Positions 29,581 to 39,750 are shown, counted from the first letter of the stretch. The stretch: 49,241 bases of DNA from Thermoproteota archaeon (GCA_049700215.1 JBNAVT010000011.1:1-49241), one strand, 5' to 3'. Notes: generated by a model not told the origin, from the letters alone. A program made the numbers and translations.

Positions 29581-29653
29581 TAACTACGAGGGGTGGCTTA
29601 GGCTTAAAAACATTCTGCCAAGGCCTCCGGGTGAAACAATAGCCAAACCCTTT

Positions 29654-29860
29654 TTAAGAGGATACTTTGAGCCTGGCAGCCTGCTGCGCAACCTGGCGCC
29701 GAGCCTGAAGCCTCGATATCTCCTCTATCAGAGTCCTCTCCTTCTTGCATAGCAGCGTGTAGGCATCCTGCCCTATGACAACATCCTTCTTCTCCCTTAT
29801 TTTCTTAAGCTCGGCCTTCAGGTACCTGAGCAGCTCCTCCTCACTCTCACCCCAGCTCAA
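29654..29860 (-). CDS. Small coiled-coil hypothetical protein
   Basis: GGAGGTG RBS upstream of TTG; charged helical sequence. Confidence 0.55.
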   Translation of the reverse strand: MSWGESEEELLRYLKAELKKIREKKDVVIGQDAYTLLCKKERTLIEEISRLQARRQVAQQAARLKVSS

Positions 29861-30010
29861 CCGGGAAACACCTCCGTAAAAGCGAGGGGCCTGAGGCTAG
29901 GCGGACAAACGACATCCATGCTTCCTTCGACACTCCTAAGTGTCACTCTCAGCCCCTCCCCCACCCCTCAGGGAGCTAAACCCCGTCGAAATATTTAAGC
30001 TTTATCCCTT

Positions 30011-30078
30011 GTTTAAAAACCCTTAAACCCTTTTAAACCGAGTTAAACTGAATTAAACTGAATTAAACCGTTTTTAAG
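30011..30078. repeat. 10-bp-period tandem array of TTAAA(C)
   Basis: TTAAA starts at 30013, 30023, 30033, 30043, 30053 and 30063. Confidence 0.85.
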
Positions 30079-30160
30079 GAACAGCCCGCCTTTAGCGCAG
30101 CCCCAGGCTTGAACAAGAGTTTAAACACCACTGGAAAAACACTGTATTCGTGAAAATTTT

Positions 30161-31150
30161 TTAATATAGTGTTGACAACGCCAGCAGGATTAAGCCGTAG
30201 GCAGCCAGCACCACCGCCACCTCCCACGCTTTCTCAGGATAATCCTTTTTGAAAAAGAGCTTAACAGGCGTCCTCAGCATTCTCCCAACCGGCTTGGTTA
30301 AGGGAATCATGAAGGGGGTTCTAGACCGGTATTCGAAATATTCAGCGCCGTGTTTCCTAATCATATCCTCCTCCTCGCGTAGAGCTATTCCCACGAGAAC
30401 CAGGGCCGCGGTAACCCAGAGCAACGGGGGTGGGGCGAAATACCCTCCCCTGGGGGGTGTGAAAACATACTTGTCGTAAACCAGTAGGCCGTAGCTCCAG
30501 ACCAGGAAGCTCAGGTACTGCGGGTGTCTAGAATACTTGTAGGCCAGCGTGTCTGCGAAACCCTTCCCCTGAAGCCTGGTGTAGAACCATGTTGCGCAGC
30601 CGGTGAAAAACAGGATGGAGGCTGCGACCACTATCGCCCGGAAAAGCGTTTCGTCAAGGCTCCGCCCGTCGGCTGGGCTTAACACTAGTCTCAACGCGTC
30701 GTAAGGAAGGTAAGCTATGTCTCCAAGCTCCAGAATACTGCTTGCCGCGCTTATCTTCTCGTAGATTGAAGAACCCGGGGAAAGCTCTATGAAGGGGAGC
30801 CAAAGGATTCTTAAAAAGCCTATTCCAGCCAGGAAAAACATGACTGAAGCGTAGTAGCTGAAAGTTGGGAGGAGGAGGCTGGCTGAACCCAGGAGGCTCA
30901 GCTTGTGTTTCCCAAGTATGAATCCGAGTATAATCATGAGTAGGGTTGCCCCTAGGCAGGCATAGCCCAGTGGCCTAACCATGTCTACGAATTTCTCAGC
31001 CTCCTCCAATTCACCGGCGCCATAGTGCGGAGTAAACTCCATCATCAGCCCGTTCAGCAAGACGGGCAGCTCAAGCGTGGAGTAGAGCAACGCGCCGGAG
31101 AAGACTGCTGAAAGAATGATTGAGCACAGGATCGCCCGGGTTTTACGCAT
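30161..31150 (-). CDS. Membrane protein with ICMT/PEMT-like methyltransferase domain
   Basis: Multi-TM; YKYSRHPQYL, REEEDM, EYFEYRSRTPF. Confidence 0.8.
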   Translation of the reverse strand: MRKTRAILCSIILSAVFSGALLYSTLELPVLLNGLMMEFTPHYGAGELEEAEKFVDMVRPLGYACLGATLLMIILGFILGKHKLSLLGSASLLLPTFSYYASVMFFLAGIGFLRILWLPFIELSPGSSIYEKISAASSILELGDIAYLPYDALRLVLSPADGRSLDETLFRAIVVAASILFFTGCATWFYTRLQGKGFADTLAYKYSRHPQYLSFLVWSYGLLVYDKYVFTPPRGGYFAPPPLLWVTAALVLVGIALREEEDMIRKHGAEYFEYRSRTPFMIPLTKPVGRMLRTPVKLFFKKDYPEKAWEVAVVLAAYGLILLALSTLY

Positions 31151-31156
31151 TCCCCA

Positions 31157-32134
31157 TCAATACCCTAAGGGCTGTTTAGAAAAACGCTTCTCCCCCCTGA
31201 CCCAGGCCCCGACTTCCCTAAGCCTCTCAACCTGCTCCGGGTCGAGCTCGCCACTCGGCAATGGTCCAACGTTTAGAAGCAGGTTTGCGCCGAGCCCGTT
31301 AACCCTCTTCAAAACCTCTATCAGCTGAGCGCTAGACTTATAGTTCTTATCATCCTTGTTATAACCCCAGCTGTTGTTAATAGTCATGCATGTTTCCAGC
31401 GGGAGGCTTGAAACACTAGCCTTGTTGAACCCTGCGGTGTTCTCACCAGGCACATCCTGCTCAAATATTTGGAAATCCTCCCCGGGGAAGGGGTCTACGT
31501 GGTGATTATTCCCTACTAGGGCTGAAGGCTGGAGCGAGTGAATCATCCCGTAGAGATCTTTTAAACGCCAGTCGGCACCAGGCTTGTCCCACCATCCGTC
31601 AAACCAGAATCCCCCGACCTCGCCATATTTCTCGCAAAGCTCCCTGACCTGTCCAATGTAATAGTCCAGATACTTTCCCCAGTCTCCACCCGGCTTCCTG
31701 CCGGCGTACTGCCCAGTCAAACCCAGGGGGTAGTAGTCGGGATGATGCCAGTCTAGCAGGGAATAGTAGAAAAACACTTTAAGCCCCTTCTTTCTAGCCG
31801 ACTCAACAAGCTCCTTCAAGACGTCTCTCCGGAAAGGCGTCTCCGTAACCTTATAGTCTGTCAGCCTAGAGTCGTACATGCAGAAGCCGTCGTGATGCTT
31901 CGTCGTGAAAGTAACGTATTTGGCGCCAGCCTCCTTGAAGACGCTCACCCATTTCTCAGCGTTGAACCCTACCGGGTTGAAAAGCTCTACAAGCTTCTCA
32001 TACTCCCGGATGCTTATTTTCTCGTTCTGCATAACCCATTCCCCTCTCCCAAGGATGGAGTAGACACCCCAGTGTATGAATATGCCGAGCCTGGCTTTCC
32101 TGAACCATTCTACCGCGGCTTCCCTTCCGCTCAT
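31157..32134 (-). CDS. GH29 alpha-L-fucosidase
   Basis: WFRKARLGIFIHWG, TTKHHDGF, YSLLDW, WFDG nucleophile, NSWGY, LLLNVGP. Confidence 0.95.
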   Translation of the reverse strand: MSGREAAVEWFRKARLGIFIHWGVYSILGRGEWVMQNEKISIREYEKLVELFNPVGFNAEKWVSVFKEAGAKYVTFTTKHHDGFCMYDSRLTDYKVTETPFRRDVLKELVESARKKGLKVFFYYSLLDWHHPDYYPLGLTGQYAGRKPGGDWGKYLDYYIGQVRELCEKYGEVGGFWFDGWWDKPGADWRLKDLYGMIHSLQPSALVGNNHHVDPFPGEDFQIFEQDVPGENTAGFNKASVSSLPLETCMTINNSWGYNKDDKNYKSSAQLIEVLKRVNGLGANLLLNVGPLPSGELDPEQVERLREVGAWVRGEKRFSKQPLGY

Positions 32135-32248
32135 CGCGAACCCTATTCATCCCCGCTTATTTAAAAAACTATTGGGTGAGCTGCCTGTTGACAACCTGCT
32201 TTAAAGCCGGAAACGTTTTTATTTTTCAAAAGCCTGGTAAAGCCTTCG

Positions 32249-33223
32249 ATGGCGGGCGGGAAAATACTGTACTTGTCGCGTTCAGACGTTGAAAGCGTGG
32301 CCCTCGACGTTAAAACCGTAATCAGCCTTCTGGAGGAAGCCTTCAGGCTTAAGGGCCGGGGCCTCGTCGAAATGCCTCCTAAGCCCGGTATCCACACGAA
32401 GCCGGATGCCTTCATACACGCGATGCCGGCTTACATTCCTGGAATGAGGTCCGCCGGGATAAAATGGGTCAGCGGCTACCCTGAGAACCATAAGCATGGT
32501 CTCCCCTACATCAGCGGGCTCCTCATATTGAACGATGTTGAAACAGGCCTGCCCTATGCTGTTATGGACTGCACCTGGATAACTGCCTACCGGACTGGCG
32601 CCGCGACAGCCCTGTCAGCCAAATATCTTGCCAGGCGGGACAGCGAGACCGTGGGCATACTTGCCTGCGGCGTCCAGGGGCGTACAAACCTAGAGGCCTT
32701 AGCGTCACTGTTTAAAATAAGACGCGTCTACGCTTACGACATTTCCAGGGAGGCGCAGAATAAGTATGTGAGGGAAATGTCTGAGAAGCTTGGCGTCGAG
32801 ATCACGGGGGTTGAAGAGCCGAGGGAGGCTGTGGTTGAAAGCGACATCGTCGTGACCTCCGGCCCAATCTTGAAGAACCCTAGGCCGACGATCGGCAGGG
32901 ACTGGCTTCAGCCAGGCGGTTTTGCGAGCGCGGTGGACTTCGACAGCTACTGGAGGCCAGAGGCGCTCTCTCAGTTCGACAAGATAAGCACGGACGACCA
33001 CGCGCAGTTCCAATACTACAGGAGCATAGGGTATTTCCGTTCAACACCCGAGCCTTACGCTGACCTCGGGGAAATAGTTAACGGTCTTAAGCCCGGTAGG
33101 GAGAGGGAGGATGAGAGGACGATGGCCATGAACCTTGGGCTGGGTCTGGAGGACATGGCGGTGGCTCCTGAAATATACAGGAGGGCTTTGGAGAAAGGCC
33201 TTGGAACATGGCTGGATCTTTGA
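32249..33223 (+). CDS. Ornithine cyclodeaminase/mu-crystallin family (archaeal alanine dehydrogenase-like)
   Basis: HAMPA, GIKWV, ITAYRTGA, ACGVQG, GLGLEDMA. Confidence 0.92.
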   Translation: MAGGKILYLSRSDVESVALDVKTVISLLEEAFRLKGRGLVEMPPKPGIHTKPDAFIHAMPAYIPGMRSAGIKWVSGYPENHKHGLPYISGLLILNDVETGLPYAVMDCTWITAYRTGAATALSAKYLARRDSETVGILACGVQGRTNLEALASLFKIRRVYAYDISREAQNKYVREMSEKLGVEITGVEEPREAVVESDIVVTSGPILKNPRPTIGRDWLQPGGFASAVDFDSYWRPEALSQFDKISTDDHAQFQYYRSIGYFRSTPEPYADLGEIVNGLKPGREREDERTMAMNLGLGLEDMAVAPEIYRRALEKGLGTWLDL

Positions 33224-33237
33224 GAAAAAGTTTTAGG

Positions 33238-34240
33238 ATGATGCAAGGGTTCTCATGTCTCGGCGCACGCTTTGAAAACATGCGTGTCACGGAGGACGCG
33301 CGCTAAAGCCTAGGCGTTAACTGCGTTAGGCTTCGAATCTGGTTTGGAGATTCAGGCCCCTCAAGGCTTCCCTACGCTTTAAAGCTGGCTGAGAGAGCAC
33401 TCGGAGCCGGGATGAGAATCCAGCCTACGATATCTCTCTGGATAGTTGGGCAGACTTGTTTAAGCAGCCAGCACCCGCTGCCTGGGCCCCGCTTCCGTTC
33501 GAGGCTAGGCTAAGGCACGTGGCTTCCTACGTCCTGAGGGTTTTAAAAGGCTTGAAAAACTTGGAAGACTGTTGCACATACTACCAGATAGGTAACGAGA
33601 CTGATTACGGCGTATGCGGCGTGTTCGCCGGAAGCAAGCATAAGAGGATGCGGAGGAACATTAACTGGCTTAAGCGCAATATATGGCGGAAGGAAGCTCT
33701 AGTGTTGAAGGAGGCTGTTAAAGCGCTTAGGGCCTGCAGCGAGAAGCCGGTAGCGTTACACCTCGGGAAGACCTGGGATCTCACGCTCCTAGCCTCTTTC
33801 ATTTCAACGATGAACGAGCTCGATGTAGCGCGCGCTTTCTATCCGGCTGGTATGGGGCTCAGCCTAGACCACTTGAAAAGTTTGAAAACACTTGGAGAAC
33901 GCGGGGGCAAAGCTGTAGCTATCGCCGAGTACCGTACCCGTCTGGAGCGCTCAGCGGGCAGTTCTGGTTCATGAATAAACCCTCTGCGGGCTACCCCCTA
34001 ACGCTAGAGGGTCAAGCGCTCTGGGTAAAGAGCTTTCTGAAGCGCTGCTCGGAGCTAGGGTTCTTGGGCACGTTCTACTGGAGCCCGGAGCTTTATCTCT
34101 CTAAGGAGGCGGCTAAGCGGGTAAACACGCCTCCTGAAATTCCCCTTGGCTTCGGCTGGGGACCCATGTCTCTATTCGATGAAGACGGGTGCGCGAGGCC
34201 CGCCGCGAGTTCTCTGAAACATGGTTTACTGGACACGTAG
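33238..34240 (+). pseudogene. GH53 endo-beta-1,4-galactanase pseudogene
   Basis: Motifs across several frames: LGVNCVRLRIW, DSWADLFKQ, QIGNE, FYP, VAIAEY, GYPLTLEGQA, GTFYWSPE; several frameshifts and deletions. Confidence 0.82.
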
Positions 34241-34408
34241 CCATGCTACGCTGCCCAGTCCTAACCGTTCCAGTGTGTTTACATCGATTCACTAAACCAT
34301 TCCGCCTAATAGGCTCTCTAATCACCCGGCCCTAACGGGTTCACACCGGAACCGCGCACGGCTGTCGACGGCAAAATATTTTTATTTTAAAGAACATCGT
34401 AAGTCAGG

Positions 34409-35113
34409 ATGCAGCACAATATTAACCTGTCTGAGGAAGAACTTAGGAGAGCACTCAGCAACTATGCTCACGCCATGTATAACGCTAAGCTGGCCACGGG
34501 CCCTGGTGGAACTTTAAGCGCTAGACTGAGCCGTGGCAGCACGATATTCGTTAAGCCGAGCGGCTTCAACCTTGGGGAGCTTGGGCCCGAGGACTTCGTG
34601 GAGGTTGATTTGAAGACGCTTAGAGTAGTGAAGGGGGGTTTAAAACCCTCTATGGAGGTTGGGGTTCTAGCCAGCTGCCACCTAGCCAGGGATGATGTTA
34701 ACGCCGTCATACACGCCCACCCTCCTTTCTGCATAGCCCTGACAACAGTGGGGCTTGACCTGAATACTCCCCTTTACCCTGACCACGCGGTTTTCCTAGA
34801 GAAGGTTGCAAGCCTGCCTTTCTACCCGCCGGGCTCACAGGAGCTTGCTGAAGCAGCGGGAGAGGCTGCGAGGACGCATGACTGCATGCTGTTGAAGAAC
34901 CATGGCGTCATTACTCTCGGCTCGTCTCTGAGAGAAGCATACTACAGGCTGGAGATAATGGAGGAGAGCGCTAAGATAGTCGTTTACTCCTCGATTCTGG
35001 CCCTGCTCCTTAAGCAGGGCGGGAAGCCTGAATCCCTTTCAGCCGAGCAGGCTGAAGCAATCCGGAGGCTTCAGGCAGAGGCCTATAGGAGGAGCCTGGC
35101 TAAAAGCTGGTAG
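34409..35113 (+). CDS. Class II aldolase/adducin family (fuculose/rhamnulose-1-phosphate aldolase-like)
   Basis: GGTLSAR, KPSG, KPSME, VIHAHP, LKNHG. Confidence 0.9.
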   Translation: MQHNINLSEEELRRALSNYAHAMYNAKLATGPGGTLSARLSRGSTIFVKPSGFNLGELGPEDFVEVDLKTLRVVKGGLKPSMEVGVLASCHLARDDVNAVIHAHPPFCIALTTVGLDLNTPLYPDHAVFLEKVASLPFYPPGSQELAEAAGEAARTHDCMLLKNHGVITLGSSLREAYYRLEIMEESAKIVVYSSILALLLKQGGKPESLSAEQAEAIRRLQAEAYRRSLAKSW

Positions 35114-35118
35114 CGGCA

Positions 35119-36672
35119 TCACTGGGCCTCAAGCTTCTTAAGCTCCCTGAAATCCTCTCTAAGAGCCTCGTAGAGGCTCCTGTAGATACTGTAGAGCTGC
35201 CCGTATTTCGAAGCCGCCTCCTGAACCGGCTTAATCGTCTCTCCGCCCGTCAACCACTCGTTTATAACCTCGTATCCCTTGAGAACCCCTGTTCCAACTC
35301 CCGCGAGCAGAGCATCGCCGTATGGTGCTCCAATGCTGGCAGCCAAGTACTCCACATCCCTGTTTAAAACATCCGTTATTATTCTCCTCCACACTCTCGA
35401 CCTTGCTCCCCCGTTGACGAGTATCGCCCTCTTAAGAGGTATGCCCGCCTCCACAGCCGTCTCAATACAGTACCTTATGGCGTAGGCAATCCCCTCTAGA
35501 ATAGACCTGAACATGTGGGCCTTAGTATGGTTGAGCGTTAAGCCGAAGAAAACTCCTCTAACATACTCGTCCCACCAGGGGGCTCTCTCGCCAACCATCA
35601 TGTGGGGCATGAATATTAACCCGTCTGAGCCAGCCGGCACTCTTTCAGCCTCCATGTCCAGAATGCTGTAGGCGCTTAAACCAGTCTCCCTGGCAAGCAT
35701 GCTTTCAACACTCCCAAGATTGTCTCTAAACCACCTGATCGCGTAGCCCGCGGTTATGATTCCTGCGAAAGAGTAGAACTTCCTGTCGTCATACGCCACG
35801 TGGGAATAGTTTATGAGCTTCGGGGAGAACCTAGGCTCGTCCTGGATGAAACCGTTGCAGACTGATGTGCCAAGCATCATCGCGAGCTCACCGTCTCCGA
35901 GAGCGCCGACACCCAGCGCGGACATGGGCGCGTCTATCCCCCCGGCGCAGACGGGAGTACCCTTGGCGAGGCCGCTTAGCTCAGCACCCTCTGAAGAAAC
36001 CTCGCCGACAACATCCTTAGACATGCTTATCTTCTCCGGGAAAAAGCCCCTGGGTATTCCAAGGTCACTCATCAGCTCCTCGGCGAACCTCCTCTCCTTA
36101 GGGTTGAAAATCCCGCCGTAGTTGCCGATTGAAGAATAGTCCACCGATATTTCCCCGGTCAGCCTGTATACGCAGTAGGCGTTCGGCGTGACAAGCTGGT
36201 GTATCCTGCTCCAAACCTGCGGCTCATTCCTCTTTATCCAGAGCATCTTAGTATACCCGTAGTATGGGTCTATAGTATTGCAGGTTTCCCTGAAAACCCT
36301 CTCCTCCCCTATGTTCTCCCTGATCCACCTGCATTCTTCGCTAGCCCTCCTGTCAGCCCATATTAAGCATGGTCTAAGAGGCTTCATCCCCCTGTCGCAT
36401 GGAATACCCGAACCCCCGTAGAGGCTGCTCACGCAGTATCCAGCTATGTCACGCGGGTCAACCGCCGCCTTCTTCACAACGTCTTTAATAGTCTGGCATA
36501 ATGCTTGAAACCAGACGTCGGGCCACTGTTCAGCCCAGCCTGTTTTAAGAGTTATAACCCCGTACTCGGCTGTTGAGCTAGCGACCTCCCTGCCCTCCGC
36601 GTCCACAAGTATTGTTTTAGTCGCAGAAGTCCCTATGTCCGACCCGAGGAGGAGCCCCCCCAACTTCAACAC
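35119..36672 (-). CDS. FGGY-family carbohydrate kinase (xylulokinase-like)
   Basis: DIGTSATK, WAEQ, WADRR, GGID, GTS, GERAP, GGARS. Confidence 0.93.
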   Translation of the reverse strand: MLKLGGLLLGSDIGTSATKTILVDAEGREVASSTAEYGVITLKTGWAEQWPDVWFQALCQTIKDVVKKAAVDPRDIAGYCVSSLYGGSGIPCDRGMKPLRPCLIWADRRASEECRWIRENIGEERVFRETCNTIDPYYGYTKMLWIKRNEPQVWSRIHQLVTPNAYCVYRLTGEISVDYSSIGNYGGIFNPKERRFAEELMSDLGIPRGFFPEKISMSKDVVGEVSSEGAELSGLAKGTPVCAGGIDAPMSALGVGALGDGELAMMLGTSVCNGFIQDEPRFSPKLINYSHVAYDDRKFYSFAGIITAGYAIRWFRDNLGSVESMLARETGLSAYSILDMEAERVPAGSDGLIFMPHMMVGERAPWWDEYVRGVFFGLTLNHTKAHMFRSILEGIAYAIRYCIETAVEAGIPLKRAILVNGGARSRVWRRIITDVLNRDVEYLAASIGAPYGDALLAGVGTGVLKGYEVINEWLTGGETIKPVQEAASKYGQLYSIYRSLYEALREDFRELKKLEAQ

Positions 36673-36731
36673 CCTGATTAGAATACGGCAACAACTTTTA
36701 AATTTATCTGGGAAAACCAGGATTCCCCAGA

Positions 36732-37862
36732 CTATCCTTTCAAAATGATTTTCTTGACGAAGTTAATTATTTCAGCCTGGTCCCCGGTTTCCCTGACCTT
36801 CTCAAACTCTTCCCTCCTGCTATATATTAACAGGGCTTTTTTCGCCAGGTTTGCGAAAATCTCCTTGGAGAGGTGCATGGCTTTCACAGGATCCATCCTG
36901 TAGGTGAACTGGTCCTCGCCGAACCAGCCCTCGTAGCCAGTGTCTATCGCAGCATATATGAAGTCAACCATCCTCCAAACGTCCCCTGTCCCCGCGATCC
37001 TGTCCTCATCATTACTGTGCAGCTTAGCCGTGTTAATGTGGAAGTTAACCAACGGTATTCCAAGCTTCTTTAAAGCGTAAACCGTGGCGGCGGGCTCGAC
37101 AGCGTACATCTGCTCATGCCCGTAGTCGATGCACACGCCCATGTTCATCCCGCCGCATCTTTCATTCACCTCCTTCGCCACTAGGGCTGCCAGATGGGTT
37201 GTCGGAATAACCATGTTCCCCTCCCTGGGCTCGTGAAGCTTAGCCTCCACGCCGAAGACTAGGCCAGCCTTCTTAGCCTCCCTGTTTATTATCTCGCAGC
37301 CGTCTATGAATAGTTCCAGCTGCCTACCGTAGTTAACCTCGAAATTATAGTCCCAGCCGTCTGCACCTGGCCAGAGGGAGACGCTGCTGCACCCTATCTC
37401 CCTAGCTATCTCAACCGCTTGAAAAGCTATTTGAAGAGCATCCTCCCTGGTCTTTCTAGAGGGGTTCGTTATGCCGCCGAGCTTCCACTTAGGGTCTGTC
37501 CAGAGATTCGTGTTCATGTTCGTAGGCTTCAAACCCAGTTTCTCAAGCTCAGCCTTAACCTCGCTCACAACGCTTTCAACCCTCCGGTAGTTTGAACCTA
37601 TGAAGAGCACGTCATGAAGCTCAACCCCCCTGATCCCAGCCTTCCTAACCCTTCTGAGCTGGGAAATAATGTCGCTCTTGAAATCGGGATTGTCACTATT
37701 ATACCCTCTCGTGGCGAACCTGTCTAGGAAGTCGCCCGCAGCCCAGTGTCCAGCTGCAAACTTTATCCCGAAGTCTTCGAAAAACCTGTCCACGGTCTCG
37801 CCCTCAAGATACTCGGAGTACTCTGCCCCGAGCTTTCTAAAAACTTCTCTACCAGTCTTCAT
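36732..37862 (-). CDS. Xylose-isomerase-like TIM-barrel sugar isomerase (L-rhamnose/xylose isomerase type)
   Basis: GVELH, WPGADG, EAKLHEP, DYGHE, FHIN, DED; ATG at 37862 preferred over the ORF-track start at 37979. Confidence 0.85.
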   Translation of the reverse strand: MKTGREVFRKLGAEYSEYLEGETVDRFFEDFGIKFAAGHWAAGDFLDRFATRGYNSDNPDFKSDIISQLRRVRKAGIRGVELHDVLFIGSNYRRVESVVSEVKAELEKLGLKPTNMNTNLWTDPKWKLGGITNPSRKTREDALQIAFQAVEIAREIGCSSVSLWPGADGWDYNFEVNYGRQLELFIDGCEIINREAKKAGLVFGVEAKLHEPREGNMVIPTTHLAALVAKEVNERCGGMNMGVCIDYGHEQMYAVEPAATVYALKKLGIPLVNFHINTAKLHSNDEDRIAGTGDVWRMVDFIYAAIDTGYEGWFGEDQFTYRMDPVKAMHLSKEIFANLAKKALLIYSRREEFEKVRETGDQAEIINFVKKIILKG

Positions 37863-38111
37863 TTGTTTTCGAAGAGGCTTGAAGCTAAATAAGTTTTTCT
37901 TCAGCCTCACGGTGCGCGCTACACCCGCTGCTCTACGCGAGAGGGAAGACGGTTTCCAAGCATAGTGATAATTCCTCATTCCTATGCAGGTTCGTCCAGA
38001 ATTTAGACGGGTTTAAACAGTCACGCTGGGAGAGGCTGAAGCAAACTCGCCTACCCTATTCCTATCTTTTCCTTTATCCTAGTTATCTCCAACTCTATCC
38101 TGCGAAACCTC

Positions 38112-38702
38112 TCATCCATAGGCTTTAAGGTCGTTTCTTAAGCTCCTAACCTCATCTATTAAAACATCCTGTTTTTCAAGCATTAAGCTCATTTTATTTA
38201 GTACAGCATCCTGTTTCCCCAGCATCAGGTCCTGTTTTTCAATCATAGTGTCCATCTTGCCCAATAGTTGATCCTGCTTCTCCAGCATCAGGTCCTGTTT
38301 CTCCAGCACCGAGTCTTGCTTCTCCAGCATTTTATCCTGCTTCCCCAACATGCTGACCCCCACGTTTACGATTTCAACGAGCTGGTTGAGGCTGAAGCTC
38401 CTGTAGAATCCTTCCAGGGACATTACGTTGCCCTCATAGGGTTCCTCAACAACCTCCTTAACCGTCGCTGGCTCCGGATAGTTCTTTTTAGCAAAATCCA
38501 CAAACCTGGTTACAGGTTCCTCCTCCCCCTCCGCTAGAAACTCCACGTAATCGTTCACGTTCCTAGCCTGGAAACCCTTCAGACCTAAGGATTCTGCAGC
38601 CTCTAGAAGGAAAAGCCTGTAACCAACATCCTGTACTCTCTCCCCTCTTATCACGATTCTTCTCTTAAGCAACTTTTCGAAGAAATTAGGCTCAACAAGC
38701 AT
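38112..38702 (-). CDS. Acylphosphatase-domain protein with heptad-repeat coiled coil; native C-terminus apparently frameshifted (continues to 38051)
   Basis: GERVQDVGYR, GFQARN; KQDxML repeats; alternative frame MDERFRRIELEITRIKEKIGIG*. Confidence 0.8.
   Translation of the reverse strand: MLVEPNFFEKLLKRRIVIRGERVQDVGYRLFLLEAAESLGLKGFQARNVNDYVEFLAEGEEEPVTRFVDFAKKNYPEPATVKEVVEEPYEGNVMSLEGFYRSFSLNQLVEIVNVGVSMLGKQDKMLEKQDSVLEKQDLMLEKQDQLLGKMDTMIEKQDLMLGKQDAVLNKMSLMLEKQDVLIDEVRSLRNDLKAYG
38165..38350 (-). repeat. 21-bp/7-aa tandem repeats, K(Q/M)DxML(E/G), about 9 units
   Basis: MLGKQDK MLEKQDS VLEKQDL MLEKQDQ LLGKMDT MIEKQDL MLGKQDA VLNKMSL MLEKQDV. Confidence 0.85.
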
Positions 38703-38887
38703 TTAAGCACATATTTTAAGAAAAAGAAATAGCGTGCACTTCACGTCTTGCGGATCTAAAGTATTAGAAGCGTACGCTGCAGCGCTCCGACTAAAGCATT
38801 GCTTAATTCTGCCAGGCTTGTCAAGATTGGTTTCAAGAGCATCACGTCCCTATAAGTTTAAAAATAGTTTCCTCAAGCTTCCCCGAT

Positions 38888-39547
38888 ATGCTTCTTAAGG
38901 TTAAGGCAGTACTATTCGACTTGGACGGAACCCTAGTCGACACCTTCGAAGCGTTCCACATCATGGTCAACGATGTTTTAAGGAGGTTCAACAAGCCTGA
39001 GAGAAGCTTCGGCGAGAACGCTAGGCTCGTTGGGAAAACTTCGAGAACAATAGCTGAAGCAATCGCTAGGGAAACAGGCTTAAACACGAGCCTTGAAGAA
39101 CTGTCGACGATGATGGTTAGGGAATGGATTTACACGTACATGCCTAGGTACGGCAGGCTTTACCCCGATGCTCTGGAAACCCTTAGAGAGTTGAAGAGAA
39201 GAGGCTACCTGCTCGGAGTAGTTTCCAACACTAGTAGGGAGGAGCTGCCGAGCTACTTGAACAGTTTCAAAATAGGAGGCTTCTTCAACGTAACGGTTTC
39301 CGCCGGGGATGCTGAGAAGCCTAAGCCTGCGCCCGAGCCCGTTCTGAAGGCTGTTGAAAAACTGGGCGTGAAGCCGGAGGAGGCTGTTATGATCGGAGAC
39401 AGGCCGGAGGACGTTGAATCAGGAAGGGCTGCAGGCGCATACACGGTGGCAGTGTTAAGAAGCATTAGGCCGAGAGCTGAGCTTGAAGCCGCTCACCCCG
39501 ATTATATAATAGCTGAATTATCTGAAATACTTTCAATACTTTCTTAA
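38888..39547 (+). CDS. HAD-superfamily hydrolase (phosphoglycolate phosphatase-like)
   Basis: FDLDGTLVD, VVSN, KPAP, IGDRPED. Confidence 0.93.
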   Translation: MLLKVKAVLFDLDGTLVDTFEAFHIMVNDVLRRFNKPERSFGENARLVGKTSRTIAEAIARETGLNTSLEELSTMMVREWIYTYMPRYGRLYPDALETLRELKRRGYLLGVVSNTSREELPSYLNSFKIGGFFNVTVSAGDAEKPKPAPEPVLKAVEKLGVKPEEAVMIGDRPEDVESGRAAGAYTVAVLRSIRPRAELEAAHPDYIIAELSEILSILS

Positions 39548-39589
39548 AAAATAAGCTATTACCGGGTTTAAAGAGTCCCCCCTGAGAAT

Positions 39590-39750
39590 GAAAAAGAACG
39601 TGCTTTAAAGGATCGTTCAGCCAGCCGGCCGGCTGAGAAAAACATTGAACCTTAGGAGAATAGCTGGATAAAAACCAGGTTAAAGCGCGCGCTGAGTGTA
39701 TTGCCAAAGGCGATTCCCGTTGCCTGTTTATCGCAGACAATCAAGAGTGA
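39590..39750 (+). pseudogene. V4R-domain gene relic
   Basis: Frame 39664-39750 reads LDKNQVKARAECIAKGDSRCLFIA, the V4R C-terminal ExxCxAxGxxxCxF pattern; preceded by stops. Confidence 0.5.

Noticed and set aside
30011-30078. Possible CRISPR or mini-array
   Set aside because: 10-bp units without unique spacers; no cas genes in the window
37863-37979. 39-aa N-terminal extension of the isomerase in the ORF track
   Set aside because: Not protein-like and spans AT-rich promoter-like sequence; ATG 37862 preferred
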